Shown one piece after another: positions 50,261 to 61,249 of a stretch of DNA of 64,000 bases. The notes beneath the pieces are model-generated. The model was not told the DNA's origin, made no database searches, and worked only from the letters and a program-made list of their open reading frames with translations. This DNA comes from Nemertoderma westbladi (lineage: Eukaryota > Animalia > Xenacoelomorpha): NCBI GenBank assembly GCA_032718475.1, contig JAUCBJ010008665.1, positions 1 through 64,000 of the forward strand. The letters are read 5' to 3'. Positions within the stretch are counted from its first letter, which is position 1, and each line of letters begins with the position of its first letter. Made by a program: the position numbers and the translations under genes.

Positions 50261-51608
50261 ACTCAGTAGTATAGCAGTATAGCAGAGTTTTGTTTTAAAC
50301 ATAAAAATCGTAATCGTAAATAAATAAACGTAATTATTATTAGAACCGAGTTATTTGATTTATTTGAAAGTAAATTTATTTTGTTATTTCACATCGCCCT
50401 ATTTCTTCTACAATTGGAGCGAAACATTACTTGTTTCCCTTGGAGCGGTGTTACGATATATGGCGCTGTGTACTAGAACAGCCCATTATACAGTACAGAG
50501 CAATTAGATAAATTATATCGATGTACGGCATTCGTTAGATAGGGAAAATAAAATACACGAGTTTATATTATTCATCCGATTTTGTACAGTATATAGTCTT
50601 TCGTATGTAATTTTATAATAAATCTTTAGTATTTACATTTATGGTGGCAAACTTTCATAAAACTTTAATATGAATTTGCCGTTTATTAATGCATATTTGT
50701 ACTAATTTCTTTTATATTTCTCTACAAACTGGCGTTGTACTAAATTTATGCTAAATGTGCTTTAATAATCGCAAAATTAATGCTACAGCCATAAACCTAT
50801 AAGCCCATCGAGACAGATTCATTACCATATATCGTAATAATTTGAGAAATGGGTGAAGGAAGGATCACAATCAGGCTCTCTCATTGGCCTAGCTATCTTA
50901 GGTTGGTCTAATGGTAGTAGATTTTGTTGGACCAATGATATAATCATTGCGTCATACCTATATTTTTACTCAGTGTACCTTTTTCAGTGTTCAGTGTATT
51001 AGTACACCGGTACAGCGGTACTGTGCACGTGTTAGCTTAGTTAGTTAGTACGCAAATTCGTATTTTACGACACTGTAGTTTATTTAGCTAGAATTTAATT
51101 TAGTTAGAATAAAATTAACAGTTTGTACGCAGCATAGTGGAGAATAGTTGGGTAAATTACTCTTAGAAATACCGTAGAATATTCAACGCTAGGCGGTTAT
51201 TTGAAAATAGCGGGTTAGCGGGCTGACAGTGGTTGCTAGTATATACAGTAGTAAGCTTGCTGGCCTAAAGCCAGCTTAAGGCCAAGTTTTGACATTAGGA
51301 CGAATAAATAGCCCATCCCATTATAATATTAAAATATTCTCACATTCGACATAATCCAGCCCGATAACTTCCAGTATTTCTCTGTGATAAGTGAATGCCG
51401 AGTGCTAGACCACCCGCACTCATTTTAAGTAGCTTAGGGAGCCATTTCAGATTTATTGTTTTGGTTGCTGCTGTTTTGGCTTATAGATTCGAACAGTTAG
51501 CTCTCTGTTGAGAAATCAACAGAGAAAGGAGCGAGTGATTGTCAGAGCCGTATAGTTCGTAATAGTAAATTGTTCTTAGGAAATGGTTCTGAAGGTTCTG
51601 CTTGTGTT

Positions 51609-52122
51609 TGTTAGCTTATTCAATCCCGCCAACACCCCATAAAGTTATCAGCCGATAAGCAATATTGGGGGCCACGAGATTGGGCAATAAGAGTGGGAAG
51701 GAAGCACACAATAGAGGGTCAGGGGCCAAACCCCTAACCCAGAGAGAACAGGTGGAGTGAACGGGAATACTCCACGGGGCGCCAACAAGGGTATTAACCA
51801 ATCAGAGGGGGGAATGGCATCGATTGAGTAGCAGTAAGGCCACCGTGCAATATAACCAATAACCTATTAATCAGTGATTCAGTTATCTCAGTGCAGCAGT
51901 GCTAGCGTAGGGTACAGCCAATTAGTTTAGTTAGGGGATCACGGGACTTTAGTTACCGTATCCCGCCTTGTACACATTCACAATATATCTATATCTTATA
52001 ACCTCTTATTATACACCGAACTTCAGAACTCAATTATCTTTACTTCACCCTTACACACGGCGGGGACGCGTGGACTAAATACCACACCGGATAAATCGGG
52101 ATCCCTCCTGGATCCCGTCACA
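51609..52122 (+). repeat. BEL 5' LTR
   Basis: TGTTAG...GTCACA direct repeat. Confidence 0.96.
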
Positions 52123-52243
52123 GTAACTAAATCGGTGTTGCTTCCCCAGCTAAACTCAGTAACTAAATCCGAGCTGCCGCCCTAGTTAAACTCTAAGAAC
52201 TACCGGTACAACCTAGCTAGCCGAATCATCAGCCACAAACGAG

Positions 52244-55200
52244 ATGAGTGAATCGGGCGAGACACCGACGCGGACCCCGGACGAAGACCTAACGATCCGC
52301 GAGGCCGCGACCAAGCGATACAGGCCCACGACGCCGGAGCCATCGATAACGGGCGAACCGGAAGTCCAGGACGAGGAGGGCCTGGAACCCGAAGTCGAAC
52401 CAAGAGAGAAAGAGAGCGAGATGGAGGGAGATGGAGACGAGTCGACACGAGAGGGAGAACGGCGCGCCGATGTCGCCGGCCAGCTACCGGCCGAGGGCGA
52501 CGGGCGGCCCACCGAAACGGCGACGGTGGGGCCGACGGTGCGACGCCGGACGCGAAGAGACGGAGGAGAGATCGGTACCGATGTCGCCGGCCAGCTACAG
52601 GCCGAGGGCGACGGACGGCCCACCGGAACGGCCACGGTGGAGCCGCCGGTACGACGTCGAACCCGGAGGGACGGAGGAGAGGTCGGCGACGAGGACGTCG
52701 GGGTTTCTGAGCGACTTCGACGGGCCTACAACGCGACCCGGAAGCTGATAAACGACGCCAAGAAGGAAGGGGCGAAGGTAGACGAGGTGAGACTGAGAAA
52801 GCGACTAGGTGAGTCGGATAAACACTTAAACTACCTAATACGTTTTGGGCAGAGAGAACTGGCCGGGGAGAGAGCAGAAAGGATAGCCGGCGAACTGTTT
52901 GAACTATGGGAGTGTGGGAGTATGGGACCTAGCGTAGCGCCAGTGTACATAGGGCCATACTTGGTCGATGCCCGGGGAGTGAAACCAGTGGGTTGGAAGG
53001 GACCTGAAGAGGGCGAATCCGAGGTTAACACCGAGGATTCGGCCTCGTCGGTCGGAGAAAGCTCCGAAAAGGGGGAGAAAGTTAGTAGGTCGGGAAGGCG
53101 GGGGAAGTCCGTCGTAACCGATAAGTCTGCTACATCCTCCGCGAAAGAAAGAGCGGTGAGAAAAATAGGGGCCACGTACCGTCTCAGCATGGCAGAGCAA
53201 GGTCAGAGAGAAATGAAGGAACGGCTAGAGGAGGGAAGAGTGCGGTTAGAGAGGGAAACGGTATTGCTTAGAGAAACCGGAGAAAGGGCCGAAAGGGCTT
53301 TGAAAAGCCTAAGGGAGTATGATGAGATAGAGGAAAGGGAGTATAGGGAGCGTGAAGCGAGAGAGGAAAAGGAACGCGAGGAGCGTGAAGCGAGAGAGGA
53401 AAAGGAACGCGAGGAGCGTGAGGCGAGAATGGAAAAGGAACGCAAGGAGCGTGAGGCGGAACGCAAGGAGCGTGAGGCGGGAATGGAAAAGGAACGCAAG
53501 GAGCGTGAGGCGGGAAAAGAAAAGGAACGCAAGGAGCGTGAGGCGAGAAAGGAAGAGGAACGTAAAGAGCGTGGGGCGAGACGAAGGGAGAGCATTAAGA
53601 GTGCCGCAGACTCGGCCATCAAGGACACCCAGGAGCGTGAGGGGATAGTGGCAAAGGGTGAAAAGGAGCGCAAGGAATTAAAGGAACGGCAGAGTGAGTA
53701 TGCGAAAAATATAATTAGAGGGACGCACGAGTTGGAATATGTGCGAGTGGGACCGCCGTCTGAAACTGGGGCCGGCTCGAGTATTTTTGAGGAGCCGAGG
53801 GCCGTAGACGTATTTGTTAATACTCCACTGACAGGGACCGCACGACAGACTCAAGACTGGTGCGACCGTACGAGCGGGGGGGGGGGGGGTAATGATAATA
53901 ATAATGGTACAGTAGACGTTGTCGATATTAATAGTACCGTATGGGATAACGCTAATCAAACCTTTATTACAGGAAATACTTTGCCTGGTGGTAGTAATTT
54001 AAATTTAAATCAGAACAATCCCAGTGTTAATGTAGAAAATAATCCTAATGTTGATGTAGTTACGCAAAATAATTCAAATAATCAAAATAATAACTCGAAT
54101 TCGGACCTACAAAATAACTTAAATAACGCGATTACACAGAATAATTCGAATAATTCAAATAATGATCTTAGCCCGAATTTACAAAATAATTCAGATAACG
54201 TAGTCGCGCAGAATAATACAAATGATTTTGTTTCAAATGAGCAAATTAATTCCGTTTCCAATATGGGTGCTATTAGTGTAGACACGTCGGGCCTACGTAA
54301 CCAGGGAGCAGAGGGCCTGGTAGGCCACGTAGTTAGTAGACAGAGAGCAGAGGGCCTGGTAGGCCACGTAGTTGGTAGGCAGGTAGCGGAGGGCCTGGAA
54401 GGCCACGCAATAGCAGAGGGAGAGGCGGGGGTGAATAGACCCGACTGTGGTAGGGTTGATGTGTCGACTAGAGAGATATATAGTAGCGGGGCGAGAGGTA
54501 GCGAACTTAGATGTAGCGAGTGGGGGGGGGGCTACGAGCACCCCACAACAGAAAGTTAGCGGCGAGAGGGGGGGGGGGGGCAGAGAGTGTCCCACAGCCG
54601 TCAGCGGACAATGCGAGGGCCGAACAAGGTAAACCGCAACAACCGGCGATGGAGAGTAATAGGGGGATTGCGAGTATCCCCGGCGACGTGCGATCGACCA
54701 GAGAAAGACAGGTCGACGTCGCAGGAGGGCAGACGGAGCGTCGAGCCCGATCAGAGGAGGAAAGAAGAACAGTGGGGTTTAACCGGGAGGTCGACGAGAG
54801 ATCTCGTGAGCGGGAATATTCCACTGATAGGAGAAGAGAGGAAGAGAGTAGTAGAAGTATCGCCGCAAACGATAGAAGAGCGAGGACGGATAGCGAGCCG
54901 TCGGTAGTCGAGGTGAGAACGGAGAGTCAGTGGGGTCGGACTCCGGGAGATTGCCGTCGCCCCGGAGGGATGCGATCCTGTGAGACGCATTACGCACCGA
55001 GAGAGGGGTACGCGATGTACCGGTACGAAGATGAAAACAGTGGAGAGGGGGGTTGAAGAGAAACTTTCCGACGGAATATACCTACCGATCGAGAATACGG
55101 TAGCCGCGGGGAGGATTATTCGAGAAGAATAAACTTCGATCCCGAGCAACACATGCAGACTGTAGGGCATACTGTAGGTCTTACTGCACATACCGTAGGC

Positions 55201-55521
55201 CATACTGAGAGAGGCGATGTAGGCGATAGGATAGCGCGGACAACGGGATTAAACCCAGAAGTCGCGGAATACATACCGGCGAGTAGGCCAGAAGCTGATA
55301 GGCCTATACCAGTACCAGCACAGCAGTATGACTACAGCATGCAGGGACATAACATATACCCAGGGGAGGGGGGAATTATTGCGGATAGGTGTATGGGCCC
55401 CAACATATTAACATCAACCCCAGTACCAGACATACCGGTGGGGGGGGGGGACAGGGTGACATTCCCCCATCACAATATCAACAATATACCCCGACAGGAA
55501 CAAGAACAACGAGACCCCTAG
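52244..55521 (+). CDS. N-terminal gag extension (charged coiled coil, Asn-rich), split into ORFs at poly-G runs
   Basis: ORFs 52244-54559, 54520-55056 and 55153-55521, with frame changes near G homopolymers. Confidence 0.65.
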
Positions 55522-58175
55522 ATGAAAACAGGTCGTGTGATACAGACATATGGAGGGGGCCGCTACCCCCGATGACATATCCGAGTCAGAGAAGATCAAG
55601 AAATAGGACGGACGAACCGCATCAGACAAGGGAAACTATACAGCACCCGTCGAATCCATTAGAAGCGCAGGCAATGGGGATGGCCACGTTGATCGATGCG
55701 TTGAAAACGAGGATCGAATTACCACCCGTGGAACCGTTCAAATTCGATGGGAGCAGGCCGGAAGAATACTTACAGTTTCGGCGAATGTATAGTAACGAAA
55801 TACTAACAAAAAACTTGACGCAGGCGGAGTGCCTAAAGTATCTACAAGTGTACACGGGAGGCCCAGCATACGACATCGTGAGGCAATACCAAGGAATAGA
55901 GGGCGGCTTCACGACAGCATGGCGGGCACTGGATAGGGAATACGGGCACCCGGCAAAGATCATCAGGCAAACGCTGAGAGGCATAACATCGGGTGGCCTA
56001 CAGGATAATCCCGTTAGCATTAAGACGTTTGCTAACAAAGTCGAGAAGGCGCTGATCGTGCTGAAGACGTTAGACGCGCCATACGAACTCAACGCGTCCA
56101 ATAACATCACCACGATAGCGCAGGCACTACCGAGCTGGCTGCGCAACAAATGGAGGAAGGTTGCTTTCTCCACCCGAGACAAGAAGGGTGCGGAACCAGG
56201 TTTAGAAGAAATGTCAAACTTCTTAAATTACGAGGCTGAACTAATAACGGACCCAGTCTATAGTGAAGATAGCCTGGGAAAGGGACCAAAGACAGATCAC
56301 TACAGGCCCAAACCAGAGCACAATACATCGAACGCGCTACCGAGACTCAGGCAATCATTGCCATATGCAGCGACGCAGGGGACTGCAAGTCCACAGACAA
56401 GCGAAGATAAGACAACATCAAGGGACGGACAGGGGAACAATAACAACATGAATAAACATAACCCCAGTACGTCCAGTAGGTCAAACCCAGTCAATAAGAA
56501 TAGTAGGGACTTTGGTACGAATATAACTGCGATACGCAATGCATTGTATAAAGAGGGCTATGACCCAAAGAGCAAATGCCAGTTACACGCAAATGCGCTT
56601 CATAAAACCATGAACTGCAGGTACTGGCAGGCGCTACCGAGGCAAGACCAGATAGATTACGCGTCGAGCAATAAAATCTGCTCGCGATGTGTGAAAAGTG
56701 GACACAAGGCCAGGGAATGCCAAGAGAAACCGGTCAAGTTTGGCCAAAGGAGAGGCCAGACGATGGCAACGAGCACAGTAAGGGCGAAGAAGAGAGGAAC
56801 AGTGCTACTTGGAGTAGTACCAGTACGAGTGATCGGGGAAGGCAATCGATCAGTAACAACACTAATGCTGGTTGATAGTGGAGCTGCCTTCACATTAGTT
56901 GAGGAATGGGTAGCCGAAGAAATAGGGTTGAGAACGAGGCCAAGCAGGATGGCGGTGACAACCATCTCTAGCAAAGACGAGATCCTAGAGATGAGGACAG
57001 GACGGTGCGCAATTGCAGCAGTGGCACCAGGATGCGATTATGGGGCAACCATCGACCCCATCCAAGTAATAGAGTCAATTAACATCAATGCCAGGCGGCC
57101 AACCAACATCGAGGTCGAGCAATACAAATTCCTGGACAACATTGACTTCTCAATCCCAGACGTGGACGTTAGGAAGGTATCCATCATAGTAGGCATGGAC
57201 TGCCCAACGGCCCACGAGAGAATGCAAACGGTCTTCGGCGAAGACAAGCAGAGCGACCCGGTGGCCATACTAACACCATTCGGGTGGACACTGACAGGCC
57301 CAATTAAGAGTAATATACCATTCCATGTGTCCGAGAGTTCAGGATGCATGGTTCCAGGAACTGACGAGATAGAGGAGAGGCCAGAGATGGGCAATAGTGG
57401 TAGACAGCTAAAAGTAGAAGCAACACCAAGAGAGTGGGCGGAGGAGAATGGTATGGATGCAGAAGATCTAGAGACGATGGGTTGGAATAAGGGTCCCAGC
57501 AAGTATCGGTATGGAGATGGGGAGGAGCGGACGGTGGAGTGTCGGGAGGACAAACCGGAGAAGTGTCCGGTGGAGTGTCCAGAGGAGTGCCCGGAAGAGA
57601 CGCCGGTCCGGTTGAGAGGCATACCGACAAGGGGGAAGCCGAGTAAGAATACAAGATGGAAAGGGAGAAGATGTGAGACGATCAGACCAGGGGCAGAGAA
57701 GCCCATGAATAAACATATGGTGGACAAAGGAGGCGGGAGAGTAGGAGGCGTGCTGCGTACGCACGCGGAACTGACAGAGTGCGAGGGGGCATTACATGGG
57801 CAGACATCGAGTACACCGAAGGACGAACGGGGGTCGTTGAAGCCTTTAATGCCAGCACACATATTAAGGGGGAGGCCAGCAGAGGTGGCATCTAAGATTA
57901 AGGAGAAGAACAGGGGCGGCATTATACCGCCGGGTGACACGTTGAAGGGTGGCACTTTGCCGCCAAGGGACGACCACGAGATCAGAAACATAAATAGGAG
58001 ACAGCATTTGCCAAAACAGGAGAAAAGACCACCTATCGAATTGACAAGGAGAGTGGAGCGAAGAATTAGAGAACCTATAGGGGGGCAGTGGGAGAGTTGC
58101 CTGCTGGAGGAATCACCCCTTGGGTCGCTGAGTTGTCCAACAGGTTGGACTGGGATGGAAGAGTTAGATCCGTAA
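55389..58175 (+). CDS. BEL gag core, zinc knuckles, aspartic protease and a vestigial integrase tail
   Basis: PFKFDGS..EY..F, CSRCVKSGHKAREC, LVDSGAAFTLV, AILTPFGWTLTGP, then LTECEGAL...LMPAHILRG. Confidence 0.88.
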   Translation: MYGPQHININPSTRHTGGGGGQGDIPPSQYQQYTPTGTRTTRPLDENRSCDTDIWRGPLPPMTYPSQRRSRNRTDEPHQTRETIQHPSNPLEAQAMGMATLIDALKTRIELPPVEPFKFDGSRPEEYLQFRRMYSNEILTKNLTQAECLKYLQVYTGGPAYDIVRQYQGIEGGFTTAWRALDREYGHPAKIIRQTLRGITSGGLQDNPVSIKTFANKVEKALIVLKTLDAPYELNASNNITTIAQALPSWLRNKWRKVAFSTRDKKGAEPGLEEMSNFLNYEAELITDPVYSEDSLGKGPKTDHYRPKPEHNTSNALPRLRQSLPYAATQGTASPQTSEDKTTSRDGQGNNNNMNKHNPSTSSRSNPVNKNSRDFGTNITAIRNALYKEGYDPKSKCQLHANALHKTMNCRYWQALPRQDQIDYASSNKICSRCVKSGHKARECQEKPVKFGQRRGQTMATSTVRAKKRGTVLLGVVPVRVIGEGNRSVTTLMLVDSGAAFTLVEEWVAEEIGLRTRPSRMAVTTISSKDEILEMRTGRCAIAAVAPGCDYGATIDPIQVIESININARRPTNIEVEQYKFLDNIDFSIPDVDVRKVSIIVGMDCPTAHERMQTVFGEDKQSDPVAILTPFGWTLTGPIKSNIPFHVSESSGCMVPGTDEIEERPEMGNSGRQLKVEATPREWAEENGMDAEDLETMGWNKGPSKYRYGDGEERTVECREDKPEKCPVECPEECPEETPVRLRGIPTRGKPSKNTRWKGRRCETIRPGAEKPMNKHMVDKGGGRVGGVLRTHAELTECEGALHGQTSSTPKDERGSLKPLMPAHILRGRPAEVASKIKEKNRGGIIPPGDTLKGGTLPPRDDHEIRNINRRQHLPKQEKRPPIELTRRVERRIREPIGGQWESCLLEESPLGSLSCPTGWTGMEELDP

Positions 58176-58329
58176 AAGGTGCGGGCAGAGGTGTTACCTG
58201 TCTCTTAGAAGGAGCACCTTAGAGCGGAGTTAGAGTGAAGTTTAGTCGTCCAAGTTTTGGACTGAGGGGGGTGGGATTGAGGGCGAGACGCCCTTCCCAC
58301 ACAAATAAAATAAAATAAAAAATAAAAAT

Positions 58330-58920
58330 AAAAGTTAGTTAGTTAGTAGGTACGTAGTACCTAGAGTTAGTTAGTCAGTAGGTACGTAGTACCTAGAGTT
58401 AGTTAGTCAGTAGGTACGTAGTACCTAGAGTTAGTTAGTTAGTAGGTACGTAGTACCTAGAGTTAGTTAGTAGGTACGTAGTACCTAGAGTTAGTTAGTA
58501 GGTACGTAGTACCTAGAGTTAGTTAGAGAGTTAGAGGGTACGTAGTACCGATAGTTAGAGTTAGAGGGTACGTAATGCCTAGTTAGAGTTAGAGTTAGAG
58601 GGTAGGTAGTACCGATAGAGTTAGAGTTAGTAGGTACGTAGTACCTAGTTAGAGTTAGAGTTAGAGGGTACGTAGTACCGATAGTTAGAGAGTTAGTAGG
58701 TACGTAGTACCTAGTTGGAGTTAGAGTTAGAGGGTACGTAATGCCTAGTTAGAGTTAGAGTTAGAGGGTAGGTAGTACCGATAGAGTTAGAGTTAGTAGG
58801 TACGTAGTACCTAGTTAGAGTTAGAGTTAGAGGGTACGTAGTACCGATAGTTAGAGAGTTAGTAGGTACGTAGTACCTAGTTAGAGTTAGAGTTAGAGGG
58901 TACGTAGTACCATTAGTTAG
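58330..58920. repeat. Composite tandem repeat of GTTA/GTTAGA plus the palindrome TAGGTAC-GTA-GTACCTA
   Basis: Seen directly; lies in the BEL internal 3' region. Confidence 0.92.
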
Positions 58921-59422
58921 AAAGAGAGAGTAAGAGGTAAAAGGGGTAAAAAATAGGATATAGATATTAGATAGCAGTAAGTAGAGTTAGTAGCGAGAGG
59001 GGGGCATATGAGTACAGCTGGATAAATCGTGTGGCCACACGACGCATACTGCTGTGCTGCATAGGCCCACAGAGTAGGCCAGAATATGGATCAGAGAATA
59101 GAATAAATCCATAGGCAGTAGTAAGTAGTAGGACAGTAGAATCAAAGCAAAATAAATAAATAAATAGAATAGGGCTAAAGTCGAAAAATAGTGGTAACAC
59201 AAGGAAAGTCGTTCTAGAACATAATAAAAGTAACGGACGGAAATTGTAAATTAGGCTGATTTACTAGCTCCGAAATTAATTAGATTAAACTAAGCTTGAA
59301 AGGCGCAGTTAAGTAGAAAAGTAGGCCATTATCGAACTGTACGAAACATCTTAATACATCACTCATCTGTATTGCGCCTTGGTAAGGCACCACCCTACAG
59401 GTGAGCGAGTGTAGTGTTCGGA

Positions 59423-60004
59423 ATGGCGAGTAAGCTGATCAGGAAGAGAAAGGCGGAGTCAGGAGGAAAAGAAATATTGGTGGATTTCACCGAAAGACAC
59501 CCAGAGGAGAAGTTCACGAGGTTCGAGGAGTGGGCCGACGTCGGGGCCATGACGCGCCAGCGCATGAAGGCCCAAGAGTTCAAGTGGGGTTTCTTCCTCA
59601 TAAACCAGGAGACCCACATGGAAATCATAAAGCGAAGGTTACCGTTTACCTTTCAAGAGGTAGCTACGGCGGCATCGTTCGCCGGAGTTATGAACACGCA
59701 ACGGTACCTGGACAGGTGGACACCAGAGAACCGGAGGGAGTTTAGGGATTTCTTGGCGGAACACGTACCAAAGGCAATGAAGATGATCCTATGGGACGCC
59801 ACACGAGGGAAACAACCAGGCCATTCTGAGGGGCCACCGGCGAAGCGGTATCGGGCTTTAATAACACCAGCGCCCAAGGAGCCGACGACCGGGATCAGCA
59901 AGGAAGTGGCAGCGAAGGTCCGGAAGCAGAAAGCGGATGATGCCAGAGGAACAGTGATAACCAAGAAACGGGCCAGGGAGGAGGACGTGAGGAGGTACAG
60001 ATGA
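59423..60004 (+). CDS. Accessory basic ORF (193 aa from ATG) of unknown function inside the BEL element
   Basis: Clean ORF between the pol remnant and the PPT, with NLS-like RKRK, PAKRYR and KKRAR motifs and no TM segment. Confidence 0.55.
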   Translation: MASKLIRKRKAESGGKEILVDFTERHPEEKFTRFEEWADVGAMTRQRMKAQEFKWGFFLINQETHMEIIKRRLPFTFQEVATAASFAGVMNTQRYLDRWTPENRREFRDFLAEHVPKAMKMILWDATRGKQPGHSEGPPAKRYRALITPAPKEPTTGISKEVAAKVRKQKADDARGTVITKKRAREEDVRRYR

Positions 60005-60712
60005 GTTCCCGGAGGCGAGGGAATGAGACTGAGATTGGGACGTGGTGCGCCTGGAAGGCGCCGCATGTAACGTACGAACTATTAAGTATAAATTTAATTA
60101 ATGCAAATAACTATATAAGTGCAATTTGTATGTACGTACGTAGTGATTAGCAGTAAAATACATACGTTTGGAGTAAGTACTATAGTCATACAACCTTTCT
60201 CAATTAGCTACTGGGACTGGGGGACGATTGACTATGGCACTATGGACGAGACAACTGACAATTTCACACTTCTTGAGTGCGGCGGCACGAGAGGGGGGGG
60301 AGGTTCGTCAGGAGAGATAAAACAGTCAAAGTGGACTTGAGAATCGGAATAAGAGTGTGAAGTGCGGAGAGAGTGCGAGCGCCATTCTAGTGTGGGGGGG
60401 GGAGAATAAGAGGCTGAGTGAGGGACGAGGAGGTCCGGGGGTATGAGAGAGTTAGGGTGAGAGTAGAGGGGAGGTAGGGCGAAAGTGTTGGGGAAACAAA
60501 AATCGCGTGAAGAGGTGAGCGCGATCGGCCCGACATGAGACGCCAGGCACACAGGGTAGCGTTATCATACCCATAGGGTGCGGCCTGGAAAGCCGGCTCC
60601 AAGAGAAAAGAATTCCACCCCACACCCGATACTAGATCGGGATCCAGCGGGATTGTAGCGCACTTTTTTGGTTGATGCTATCTTCTTACCGGGAAGATAG
60701 CATGGGGGGGAG

Positions 60713-61249
60713 TGTTAGCTTATTCAATCCCGCCAACACCCCATAAAGTTATCAGCCGATAAGCAATATTGGGGGCCACGAGATTGGGCAATTAACCAAC
60801 TCGCGCCATCCCAATAAGAGTGGGAAGGAAGCACACAATAGAGGGTCAGGGGCCAAACCCCTAACCCAGAGAGAACAGGTGGAGTGAACGGGAATACTCC
60901 ACGGGGCGCCAACAAGGGTATTAACCAATCAGAGGGGGGAATGGCATCGATTGAGTAGCAGTAAGGCCACCGTGCAATATAACCAATAACCTATTAATCA
61001 GTGATTCAGTTATCTCAGTGCAGCAGTGCTAGCGTAGGGTACAGCCAATTAGTTTAGTTAGGGGATCACGGGACTTTAGTTACCGTATCCCGCCTTGTAC
61101 ACATTCACAATATATCTATATCTTATAACCTCTTATTATACACCGAACTTCAGAACTCAATTATCTTTACTTCACCCTTACACACGGCGGGGACGCGTGG
61201 ACTAAATACCACACCGGATAAATCGGGATCCCTCCTGGATCCCGTCACA
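60713..61249 (+). repeat. BEL 3' LTR
   Basis: Direct repeat of the 5' LTR, preceded by the PPT and followed by the TSD GTGTT. Confidence 0.96.

Larger units (their letters stand above)
51609..61249 (+). mobile_element. Non-autonomous BEL/Pao LTR retrotransposon (gag-protease only), recent insertion
   Basis: LTRs at 51609-52122 and 60713-61249 look identical except for one 23-bp indel. TSD GTGTT, PPT GGGGGGGAG, BEL-type gag and DSG protease; no RT or RNase H. Confidence 0.93.

Noticed and set aside
57038-57991. Antisense ORFs over TE coding regions (also within 2866-10965 and 52200-56974)
   Set aside because: They are shadow ORFs of GC-richer coding strands with no motifs.
58330-58920. Interstitial telomere
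   Set aside because: The hexamer is TTAGAG mixed with palindromes and lies inside an LTR element; it is not a pure telomeric tract.
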